The notes under the pieces: generated by a model
What the model saw: only the letters and a program-made list of their open reading frames with translations
The model's database searches: none
What the model was told of the DNA's origin: nothing
Shown: piece after piece, positions 1 through 7,556 of the stretch
Layout of the letters: each line of letters opens with the position of its first letter
How positions within the stretch are numbered: position 1 is the first letter of the stretch
Translations under genes and position numbers: made by a program
Assembly: GCF_000621645.1 (NCBI RefSeq)
Contig: NZ_JHXR01000011.1
Coordinates: forward strand, 1 to 32,000
Source of the DNA: Vibrio cholerae ATCC 14035
Lineage (GTDB): Bacteria; Pseudomonadota; Gammaproteobacteria; Enterobacterales; Vibrionaceae
Reading direction: 5' to 3'
DNA length: 32,000 bases

Positions 1-33
1 TTTTTAAGAAAAAGTGAAATCAAAAACAGAATT

Positions 34-153
34 TGCTTGGCGACCATAGCGTTTTGGACCCACCTGATTCCATCCCGAACTCAGAAGTGAAACGAAACAG
101 CGTCGATGGTAGTGTGGGGTTTCCCCATGTGAGAGTAGAACATCGCCAGGCTT
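34..153 (+). rRNA. rrf: 5S ribosomal RNA (distal end of an rrn operon)
   Basis: The 120-nt sequence tgcttggcgaccatagcg...gagagtagaacatcgccaggctt aligns along its full length with the E. coli 5S rRNA pattern (TGCCTGGCGGCCGTAGCG...CCGAACTCAGAAGTGAAAC...GATGGTAGTGTGGGG...CCAGGCAT). Confidence 0.95.
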
Positions 154-176
154 TTAATTTGGTCTAACCAGACAGC

Positions 177-253
177 GGAGCGGTAGTTCAGTCGGTTAGA
201 ATACCGGCCTGTCACGCCGGGGGTCGCGGGTTCGAGTCCCGTCCGCTCCGCCA
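177..253 (+). tRNA. tRNA-Asp (anticodon GUC), CCA encoded
   Basis: ggagcggtagttcagtcggttagaataccggcctgtcacgccgggggtcgcgggttcgagtcccgtccgctccgcca. The cloverleaf is near-identical to E. coli tRNA-Asp. The anticodon loop cctGTCacg carries GTC, and the 3' CCA is encoded. Confidence 0.95.
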
Positions 254-263
254 CTTATTACGA

Positions 264-290
264 AACCCAGTCTTAGGACTGGGTTTTTTG
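264..290 (+). terminator. Rho-independent terminator of the rrn operon
   Basis: Stem acccagtc, loop ttag, stem gactgggt, followed by tttttt, directly after the tRNA. Confidence 0.85.
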
Positions 291-447
291 CTATCTGGAA
301 CTCATTGAACGCCAGATTTTAATCACCGCTTATCGCCTATCCCAGTACTCATCCTCTACGATGTTCAATCATCCCAAACTGTCCAACTGCCGATTCTCTG
401 TTTAATAGATCTAGTTTATGCCTTGTTGCATAGCCACATCGAGCAAT

Positions 448-474
448 AAAAAAGCCGATGCTTTGGCATCGGCT
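448..474 (-). terminator. Rho-independent terminator downstream of add
   Basis: The plus strand reads aaaaaa-gccgatgc-tttg-gcatcggc. Read on the minus strand, this is an 8-bp GC-rich hairpin followed by a U-run, 22 nt past the add stop codon. Confidence 0.8.
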
Positions 475-495
475 CGGATAGTGTTATGTGATTGA

Positions 496-1500
496 TTAAC
501 CGCGTAGTGCCGCTTTGGCGAGGAGCGCTTTTTTCTCTGAATCAGAGAGGAAGGCCAACTCTAAACCGTTGAGCTGAGCTTGGCGTATCTGCTCTTGGCT
601 TAAGCCTGCTTGAGGTGCTGCGACTTCATATTCGTAAGGTAGTTCAATACCTTCTACAGCAGGGTCGTCGGTGTTAATGCAGGCTAAAATACCATGCTCT
701 AAGAAACGCTTAAGAGGATGTGTGGCTAGGCTATCCACCGTGCTCGTCTGCAGGTTGGAAGTCAGGCATGATTCGATACCGATCCGGTGCTGGGCGAGAT
801 AGTCCATCAGTTTTGGATCATGGATGGCTTTGACGCCATGACCAATCCTTGTTGCGCCCAGATCTCTGATCGCTTGCCACATGCTTTCTGGCCCTGCCGC
901 TTCACCTGCGTGAACGGTCACATGCAATCCTGCATCTCTGACTTGTTTAAAATGTTGGATAAAGCGGTCACCGGGTTGCCCCAATTCATCACCTGCGAGA
1001 TCGACTGCCACAATGTGATTTTTCTGGCTTAGGATGGCGTCGAGCTCTTGTTGGCAAGCATCGGTACCAAAGGTGCGGCTCATAATGCCAATAAGGTTGG
1101 CTTGAATACCAAAATCACGCACACCAGCGCGGACTCCATCGACAACGGCTTCTACTACTCCTGTAACAGGTAAGCTGTGTTTCATGGCCATGTAATAAGG
1201 AGAAAAACGTAGCTCGGCATAGTCAATACGGGCGTTAAGCGCATCTTCGACGTTCTCGTAGGCAACACGACGGCAAGCATCAAGATCGCCTAGTACCGCT
1301 ACGCCCCAGTCTAGTTTGGATAAGAAGGCAACCAGAGAGGGTTCTGCTTCGACAATTTGTACATAAGGGGTAAGAGTTTGTAACGTGTTTGCGGGTAGCT
1401 TAACGCCAAATTTTTGTCCTAATTCCAAAATGGTTTGGGTGCGGATATTTCCATCAAGATGACGGTGCAAATCCGTTAAAGGGAGTGATGAAGTTATCAT
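496..1500 (-). CDS. add: Adenosine deaminase
   Basis: 334-aa ORF with an ATG start and TAA stop. It carries the family metal-binding motifs [10 protein letters not shown] (HxH), HAGE ([10 protein letters not shown]) and CINTDDPAV. The length and sequence match enterobacterial Add. An AAGGA Shine-Dalgarno sequence lies 8 nt upstream. Confidence 0.95.
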   Translation of the reverse strand: MITSSLPLTDLHRHLDGNIRTQTILELGQKFGVKLPANTLQTLTPYVQIVEAEPSLVAFLSKLDWGVAVLGDLDACRRVAYENVEDALNARIDYAELRFSPYYMAMKHSLPVTGVVEAVVDGVRAGVRDFGIQANLIGIMSRTFGTDACQQELDAILSQKNHIVAVDLAGDELGQPGDRFIQHFKQVRDAGLHVTVHAGEAAGPESMWQAIRDLGATRIGHGVKAIHDPKLMDYLAQHRIGIESCLTSNLQTSTVDSLATHPLKRFLEHGILACINTDDPAVEGIELPYEYEVAAPQAGLSQEQIRQAQLNGLELAFLSDSEKKALLAKAALRG

Positions 1501-1530
1501 TATTGTTGTCCTTATCAGTATTTGCCGTTA

Positions 1531-1559
1531 AGTATAAAAACCAATCCACGGGCTGTCAG
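1531..1559 (-). promoter_or_regulatory. Putative sigma70 promoter of add
   Basis: The minus strand reads CTGACA-N17-TATACT, matching 5/6 in each hexamer. The -10 element ends about 30 nt upstream of the add ATG. Confidence 0.5.
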
Positions 1560-1591
1560 CTAAGCAAAAGAAAGAAAAGGACTTATTTTGT

Positions 1592-4141
1592 TTAACTTTG
1601 CTTCATGTTAACCAGATCTGTTGGCCAATCCTGATAAGCCATTGGTTTACTGAATAAGAAGCCTTGCCCGCGTGGGCAACCGAGTTGATTCAGTAAATCC
1701 ACCTGCTCTTGAGTCTCTATGCCTTCAGCGACCAGCTCGACTTTAAAACCGCGAGTCATGTTAACGATCGCGGCTACCACGCTGTTTTCAATATTGTATG
1801 CATTGAGTTGAGAGACAAATTCTCTATCAATTTTTAGGCAATCGAAGGGAAGTTTGTGTAAGTAGGCGAGAGAACTATAGCCTGTACCAAAATCATCGAT
1901 TGCAATGTGTATTCTTGCTTTTTTCAACTCAAGCATATTGTGCAAGATAACGGGGTCATTATCGACAATGCGTGATTCGGTGATTTCGAGTGTCAGGTTG
2001 GTAGGCTGTAGGCCGGATTCGTCTAATACGCTGTGTAACTGAGCGATAAAATCGGGATGAGAGAGTTGATTAACCGATAGATTGACATGCATATGGAACG
2101 TCGATGGCCATTTATTTTCTGCAATACCACGAACGGTATCAGCACAGGCTTGACGTAAGATCTGCTCGCCAATCGCATTGATCAATCCGCTCTCTTCTGC
2201 AATCGGAATAAAATCCATTGGTGGGATCAAGCCGAATTCAGGGGAAATCCAACGAGCAAGCGCTTCTGCGCCTAATACTTCACCACTATTTAAATCGACT
2301 ATCGGCTGATAGAAGGGAACGAACTCTTGATTATCGAGCGCCAGTTTTATCTGCGTGACCATGAGCATTCTTTTGCGTGAAGCATTCGCCATCTCTGGTG
2401 AGTAAAAACTGATATGCGTATGTTCTGCCTTTGCGTTACTGAGGGCGATGCTACCATTACGCAGCCAAACGGTCATATTCGGTTCTTCAAGGTACACAAT
2501 TCCGATCGACACATTCACAGCAATATTGTCGCTTGGCATGCTAAATGGAGAGGCAAACAGCTTGAGAATATCGGTAGCCACACTTTTTAAATCATCTTGC
2601 TGATTCACATCGGGTAGGTAGATAGCAAATTCATCGCCACCAATCCGAGCAATCAGAGCGGGCTCGGGAAACGTTACTTTCAGTCTTTGAGCAATAGCAA
2701 CCAGCAGTTGATCGGCCTGATGGTGACCTAAGCTGTCGTTAATATCGCGAAATTTATCAATCCCAATCAGGATAAGGCCCCCGTTGAGTTGCGGGATTTG
2801 ATGACAATGCTCAACTAACCCCTCTCGGCTAAGAAGTTGGGTCAGAGAATCGTAGACCAACTGTGAGCGTAGCGCTTTGAATGAGGCTTTGAGGCTATTG
2901 GTCATCTCAATAAAGGCTTGGACAAGCAAACTGGTCTCATAGATTTTACCGGGCTTAGGCATGCTGGCTGTCCAGTCACCATTGGCAAGTTGTCTTGCTG
3001 CCGAGGCGGTAGAAATGATCGGGTTGGCGACGCGGTTTAATGCCATTAAGCCGAGCCCTAAACCCACTAAGCTCACTAATAATCCTATCGCCCAACTGGT
3101 TTTTTGATTTTCAGGTAAGCTGCCTAGGAGATCCCCTTCCGCGATGGAAACACTGATATACCAAGTGAGGCCATATTGATCGGTAAAGGCTGAGGCTTGA
3201 TTGAAATAGCGCTGTTGATTGACGTAGGTAGTAAAAGTACCCACATTTAGGCCTTGCAGATCAAGTTGTTCGGCGCTGCTACGAATGATGGGGTTACGAT
3301 TCTCGCTGGCGAACAGCCTTTCACCTTTCGGGCTTAACGGTGTCCCCCAAGAAACCACGCTACCCTCACCGGAATGGGCAATCAGGCGGTGCTGTTTGTC
3401 CATCACATAAACGTCAGCATTCATACGTTGTTTGAGTTCGGAGAGAAACTGGTTGAACGTATTGAGTTTGACATCAGAAACCATGACGCCAATAAATCTT
3501 TTATCCTGAAAAACCGGGCTGAGTGCGGAGAGAGTGATCTCTTGCTTCTCATCCATATTGGTATAAACCGAAGACCATTGTGGCGATGGCTTCTGCGCGA
3601 CGGGGGCAAACCAAGGCCGCACGCGAGGATCGTAGTTATCAATCACCGTACGCAATTGATCATTCTTTGTCGCAGTTTGATAAATAACTAGTTTATCGTC
3701 AGTGCGTGCATCTTTGAGCATTAGGCTGTATTGCTCTGGTGCATCTCGACGCAGTCCTACATATTCACCATTCACTCCACCAAAACCGACCACGTCGATT
3801 TGCTGGATATTGTTACCTATGGGATTGGCTGCCGCACGAATGAAGTCTTCAATTCGACTTACGTCATTGAGCTGATAAAGATGGTGAAAGCCCACGTTGT
3901 AGGCAATCATCTGATTGGCAAAAAAAGGGCGATTAAGAAAGTCCGACAAGCGTTGTGAGATGCTATCAGTCAGATAAGATAACTTCTTAGAGCTGAGCTC
4001 TTTTACCGTTTGCTCATAACGATAGGTTTGCACCGCCGCCATTGCCAAAATCATGAACAGAAAGGTCAAGACAAACGGCAGTATGATGGCGGTTTTTAAG
4101 CGAATTTGGCGTTTTAAAGGCATACCCTTCTCTAATCTCAC
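1592..4141 (-). CDS. Inner-membrane sensor with periplasmic Cache-like domain, HAMP, GGDEF and EAL domains (c-di-GMP synthase/phosphodiesterase)
   Basis: 849-aa ORF.
- Membrane topology: N-terminal TM segment (AIILPFVLTFLFMILAMAAV), a periplasmic region of about 300 aa, and a second TM segment (WAIGLLVSLVGLGLGLMAL), followed by a HAMP-like linker.
- GGDEF domain: intact motif (ARIGGDEFAIY). PEPA occupies the position where an RxxD I-site would be.
- EAL domain: intact signature residues (GAEALARW, HVNLS, EITES, DDFGTGYSS, KIDREF, AEGIET, GQGFLFSKP).
- Start: the track start is GTG at 4141; ATG at 4123 (MPLKRQ...) is an alternative. Confidence 0.9.
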   Translation of the reverse strand: MRLEKGMPLKRQIRLKTAIILPFVLTFLFMILAMAAVQTYRYEQTVKELSSKKLSYLTDSISQRLSDFLNRPFFANQMIAYNVGFHHLYQLNDVSRIEDFIRAAANPIGNNIQQIDVVGFGGVNGEYVGLRRDAPEQYSLMLKDARTDDKLVIYQTATKNDQLRTVIDNYDPRVRPWFAPVAQKPSPQWSSVYTNMDEKQEITLSALSPVFQDKRFIGVMVSDVKLNTFNQFLSELKQRMNADVYVMDKQHRLIAHSGEGSVVSWGTPLSPKGERLFASENRNPIIRSSAEQLDLQGLNVGTFTTYVNQQRYFNQASAFTDQYGLTWYISVSIAEGDLLGSLPENQKTSWAIGLLVSLVGLGLGLMALNRVANPIISTASAARQLANGDWTASMPKPGKIYETSLLVQAFIEMTNSLKASFKALRSQLVYDSLTQLLSREGLVEHCHQIPQLNGGLILIGIDKFRDINDSLGHHQADQLLVAIAQRLKVTFPEPALIARIGGDEFAIYLPDVNQQDDLKSVATDILKLFASPFSMPSDNIAVNVSIGIVYLEEPNMTVWLRNGSIALSNAKAEHTHISFYSPEMANASRKRMLMVTQIKLALDNQEFVPFYQPIVDLNSGEVLGAEALARWISPEFGLIPPMDFIPIAEESGLINAIGEQILRQACADTVRGIAENKWPSTFHMHVNLSVNQLSHPDFIAQLHSVLDESGLQPTNLTLEITESRIVDNDPVILHNMLELKKARIHIAIDDFGTGYSSLAYLHKLPFDCLKIDREFVSQLNAYNIENSVVAAIVNMTRGFKVELVAEGIETQEQVDLLNQLGCPRGQGFLFSKPMAYQDWPTDLVNMKQS

Positions 4142-4181
4142 TTCCTGTGCAATAAAGTTGGGTAGGCCGTTAAGCTGACAC

Positions 4182-5582
4182 TTAATATAACTCTTTGAGT
4201 TTACGTGTTAGCGTATTCCGTCCCCAGCCCAATACTTTGGCGGCTTCTTGTTTATGTCCATTGGTGTGGTGAAGTGCCGCTTCTAAAAGTATACGTTCAA
4301 ATTCTGGGAGTGCGTAGGCAAGCAACTCGGTTTCACCGGAGGCCAGTGCAGATTTTGCCCATGTTTCTAACTGTTTCTGCCAACTTATATCATTATCAAA
4401 ATGGCTGGCTTTCCTTTCTGATAATAATTCGGAAGGAAGATCACTTGGCAGCACTTCACTTCCACTTGCCATCACCGTGAGCCAGCGACACATGTTTTCG
4501 AGTTGGCGCACGTTACCCGGCCAATCGAGCTTGGTCAGAATATCCACGGTGCGCGGGTTGAGCGTTTTCATCTCCACTCCGAGCTCTTTGGCTGCCAGCG
4601 CTAAAAAGTGCTTAGTGAGCTTTTCAATATCTTGTCGACGTTCACGCAGTGACGGGATATGGATGCGAATAACGTTCAGACGATGGAATAAGTCTTCACG
4701 AAATTTGCCTTGATGAACCAGTTTTTCAAGATTTTGGTGAGTGGCTGCGACGATTCGCACATCGACTTTTATCGCGACATGACCGCCAACGCGATAAAAC
4801 TGACCATCCGCCAACACGCGCAATAACCGAGTTTGAATATCGAGCGGCATATCGCCAATTTCATCAAGAAATAAAGTGCCGCCATTGGCTTGTTCGAAGC
4901 GACCTTGGCGCACGGTATTTGCACCAGTAAACGCGCCTTTTTCATGGCCAAACAGTTCAGATTCGATGAGATCTTTGGGAATCGCCGCCATATTGAGGGC
5001 AATAAACGGCTTTTGGGCACGAGGACTATGTCTATGCAGAGCATGAGCGACCAATTCTTTACCGGTTCCCGATTCACCGTTGATCAATACCGAAATCGAA
5101 GAGCGTGATAAGCGACCAATTGCGCGAAACACTTCTTGCATAGCCGGCGCTTCGCCAATGATTTCAGGGGCGGAATAGTTTTCACTGGGACGATGAGATG
5201 TCTTGCGCTGCTCTTGACCATGAGCGATGGCACGTTCGACTAAGGTGAGGGTTTCATCGACATCAAAAGGCTTGGGAAGATACTCAAAGGCACCTTGTTG
5301 GTAGGCATTGACGGCGGCATCCAGATCCGAATGCGCGGTCATAATGATCACCGGAAGTTCAGGGGTGCGTTGGTGTACTTGATTGAGCAGAGCAATGCCA
5401 TCCATCCCTGGCATGCGAATATCTGAGACAAGAACGTCGGGGGTTTCACGCTCCAGTGCCAGCAGTACGCTTTCCGCATCTGCGAAGGTTTCGCATTTTA
5501 TATGGGCTGAAGAGAGCGTTTTCTCCATTACCCAGCGAATGGAACTATCATCATCGACAACCCAGACGTATCCTCTACTCAT
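4182..5582 (-). CDS. ntrC: Nitrogen regulation response regulator NtrC (sigma54-dependent enhancer-binding protein)
   Basis: - Receiver domain: VWVVDDDSSIRWV and SDIRMPGMDG.
- AAA+ domain: Walker A GESGTGKE and the GAFTGA loop (EKGAFTGA).
- C-terminal Fis-type HTH: QEAAKVLGWGRNTLTRKLKEL.
- Start: the track ORF starts at TTG 5588. ATG at 5582 gives MSRGYVWVVDDD, which aligns with the E. coli NtrC N-terminus MQRGIVWVVDDD. Confidence 0.95.
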   Translation of the reverse strand: MSRGYVWVVDDDSSIRWVMEKTLSSAHIKCETFADAESVLLALERETPDVLVSDIRMPGMDGIALLNQVHQRTPELPVIIMTAHSDLDAAVNAYQQGAFEYLPKPFDVDETLTLVERAIAHGQEQRKTSHRPSENYSAPEIIGEAPAMQEVFRAIGRLSRSSISVLINGESGTGKELVAHALHRHSPRAQKPFIALNMAAIPKDLIESELFGHEKGAFTGANTVRQGRFEQANGGTLFLDEIGDMPLDIQTRLLRVLADGQFYRVGGHVAIKVDVRIVAATHQNLEKLVHQGKFREDLFHRLNVIRIHIPSLRERRQDIEKLTKHFLALAAKELGVEMKTLNPRTVDILTKLDWPGNVRQLENMCRWLTVMASGSEVLPSDLPSELLSERKASHFDNDISWQKQLETWAKSALASGETELLAYALPEFERILLEAALHHTNGHKQEAAKVLGWGRNTLTRKLKELY

Positions 5583-5591
5583 AGACAATCC

Positions 5592-6656
5592 TTAACAGCA
5601 ATTCAAAATTGGCAAATAAATGGTAAACACGGTGCGTCCTGGCCAGCTTTGCACCTCTATTTTTCCCTGATGTTGATCGATCAGGTTTTGTGAAATGGAT
5701 AACCCCAAGCCAGTGCCTCCTTCGCGGCCACTCACCATGGGATAAAACAGCGTATCTTGCAGCTCAGGAGGGATGCCGGGGCCGTTATCGATAATCTCGA
5801 TGCTGGCGACGAGCTTATGACGTTGACCATGGATATTGGCTTGATGCACTGTTCTGGTGCGCAAGGTGATCACGCCGTGCGTTTGGTTAGTCAAAATTTG
5901 CGCCGCATTACTGACAATGTTCAGTAAGGCTTGTTCGATTTGATCAGTGTCCATCAAAATATTCGGCAGACTTGGGTCATAATCGCGCTCAAAGACCAAA
6001 TTCGCGCCCGCTTCTAGCTCGACCAACTGACGCACCTTCTCCAAAATCAGGTGAAGGTTTTCCCATTTTTTCTCCCCCGGACGTTGCGGGCCGAGTAAGC
6101 GATCAACCAATCCCCGCAAGCGATCTGCCTGTTCGATGATGATTTGGGTATATTCCATCAGGGCCGGATCGGGAAGCATACGCTCTAAGAGCTGGGCCGC
6201 ACCTCTTAAACCACCCAAAGGATTTTTGATTTCATGAGCCAAGCCTCTGACCAATAACTTAGCCGCTTGTTGCTGAGCGTGTTGATTGAGTTCTTGGGTT
6301 AGCCGGCGTTGTTGACCAATCGTGCGCATTTCGGCCAGTAACAGCAGCTCTTTGTGCCAAGAAATCGGGCTGACGGTGACTTCGAGCATTAAGGGTTTGC
6401 TATCGATCACCAAGGTGACATCGCTGTCAGTAATGCTTTGTCCGCTCTGGAGTGGCTGCGTGAGCAGTTGTAAATCGAGAGAGGAGTGTTGCACTAAATG
6501 ATTTAAGCTTTGATGCATCAAGCGTTTAGCACTTTGTGAAAACAGCTGTTCAGCGGCAGGGTTGGCGTAGCGAATCATCAGTGACTCGTCCAAAATGAGC
6601 ACTGATGTGACCTGATTATTAATGATGGTTTGGCTTAATTCTGCACTCACACTCAT
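5592..6656 (-). CDS. ntrB: Nitrogen regulation sensor histidine kinase NtrB
   Basis: - N-terminal PAS region: ILDESLMIRYANPAAEQLF, compared with E. coli [20 protein letters not shown].
- Kinase motifs: H-box HEIKNPLGG, N-box NIVSNAAQ, G1 DNGPGI and G2 GTGLGL.
- Start: the track ORF extends to 6743, but ATG at 6656 (MSVSAELSQ..., 354 aa) matches the NtrB family length.
- The stop codon lies 9 nt before the ntrC ATG. Confidence 0.92.
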   Translation of the reverse strand: MSVSAELSQTIINNQVTSVLILDESLMIRYANPAAEQLFSQSAKRLMHQSLNHLVQHSSLDLQLLTQPLQSGQSITDSDVTLVIDSKPLMLEVTVSPISWHKELLLLAEMRTIGQQRRLTQELNQHAQQQAAKLLVRGLAHEIKNPLGGLRGAAQLLERMLPDPALMEYTQIIIEQADRLRGLVDRLLGPQRPGEKKWENLHLILEKVRQLVELEAGANLVFERDYDPSLPNILMDTDQIEQALLNIVSNAAQILTNQTHGVITLRTRTVHQANIHGQRHKLVASIEIIDNGPGIPPELQDTLFYPMVSGREGGTGLGLSISQNLIDQHQGKIEVQSWPGRTVFTIYLPILNCC

Positions 6657-6689
6657 TCTCGCTCGATGAACTTTAGGCTTGTTGGGTGA

Positions 6690-6706
6690 TGCACAAAATT
6701 GGTGCA
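6690..6706. promoter_or_regulatory. Consensus NtrC-binding box upstream of ntrB, at the centre of a 41-bp palindrome (6678-6718)
   Basis: TGCACAAAATTGGTGCA fits the NtrC consensus TGCACC-N5-GGTGCA. It sits 34-50 nt upstream of the ntrB ATG. The position is analogous to the NtrC operator that overlaps E. coli glnLp. Confidence 0.65.
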
Positions 6707-6788
6707 TCGCCCAACAAGTATGGCGCAAGGGAGTGCAAACCAAAAGAGCAATCCCTTAGGCAATCGAGCTAATAGTCACATCTTGCGA

Positions 6789-7379
6789 TTATTTCACTGT
6801 AGCTCGATGCAAATGCACCGTGATAATCGAGGAGGATGCAATAATCTTGCCGCTTTCAATCGCTTGAATGGTAAAGGTGTGAGTGCCGCGATCGACATTT
6901 TTTAATTCCCAAACTGATTGGGTGGTGGGGGCACCATACGGGCGGCCATCCATCATCAATTGCAATTGCTCACCGATTGAAAGTTTTCGATTGAGCTCAG
7001 AGCGAATGAAGAGATTGCCGCTATTATTGCGTACCGCATCGTCATGCTTAGGTGAGATTAAACTGATTTTTAGCGGCTCCAGAGTTTGAGGTGCGGGAGA
7101 TGCTGTCGAATCGGTTAGCTCTGTTTCAGAGGCGGTAACATTGCTAAGCCCTGTTTCATCCTCCGTTTCTGTTGTGACCGGCTCCGTTGAGTCGAAACTT
7201 GGCGCAGGGGCTTGTGCTTCATAATCCGGTAACTGGATGGATTTTGCTTTGTCACTTTGTGGCGTGTCACTAAAGTGCAGGACCCCTTTTTCATCGACCC
7301 AAGTGTAGACGTTTTGTGCGGCGAGCTGAGGTACCCAAAGCATACTAATGAGTAGCCATAGCAGACGAGACGATGACAT
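6789..7379 (-). CDS. Secreted DUF4124-domain protein of unknown function
   Basis: 196-aa ORF.
- Signal peptide: LLWLLISMLWVPQLAAQ.
- DUF4124-type motif: VYTWVDEKGVLHFSDTPQ.
- Acidic, T/S/E/P-rich low-complexity linker.
- Beta-rich C-terminal domain of about 95 aa.
- A GGGGTGA Shine-Dalgarno sequence precedes the ATG. Confidence 0.8.
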   Translation of the reverse strand: MSSSRLLWLLISMLWVPQLAAQNVYTWVDEKGVLHFSDTPQSDKAKSIQLPDYEAQAPAPSFDSTEPVTTETEDETGLSNVTASETELTDSTASPAPQTLEPLKISLISPKHDDAVRNNSGNLFIRSELNRKLSIGEQLQLMMDGRPYGAPTTQSVWELKNVDRGTHTFTIQAIESGKIIASSSIITVHLHRATVK

Positions 7380-7486
7380 ATATCACCCCAATGACCTTAA
7401 TGATTCACTTTATGGATCATGAGCTTATGCTCATGGTTAACGTTGTAAGCGGCATGTTAAAACGAATACTCAAAGGACTGAATATG

Positions 7487-7513
7487 CAAAAGGCCCGCCT
7501 GCGAGGCGAGCCT
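7487..7513 (-). terminator. Rho-independent terminator downstream of glnA
   Basis: The minus strand reads GGCUCGCCU-CGC-AGGCGGGCC followed by UUUUG. The hairpin begins about 45 nt after the glnA stop codon. Confidence 0.8.
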
Positions 7514-7556
7514 TAATATTGATGTAACCTAAGTCATTTTTTACACAGACTGAGAA

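Noticed and set aside
291-447. Region downstream of tRNA-Asp, checked as a possible genomic-island integration site
   Set aside because: Only about 155 nt separate the tRNA terminator from the add terminator. I saw no integrase gene, no direct repeat of the tRNA 3' end and no foreign genes.
6724-6742. sigma54-like sequence on the minus strand (tGGtttGCActcccTTGCg) upstream of ntrB
   Set aside because: The GG-to-GC spacing is 3 nt too long relative to TGGCAC-N5-TTGC, so it is unlikely to be a functional -24/-12 promoter.
6657-6743. N-terminal 29-codon extension of the ntrB ORF in the track
   Set aside because: The extension covers the NtrC-box palindrome and has no homology to NtrB. The Met at 6656 aligns with the family N-terminus and gives the expected length of about 350 aa.
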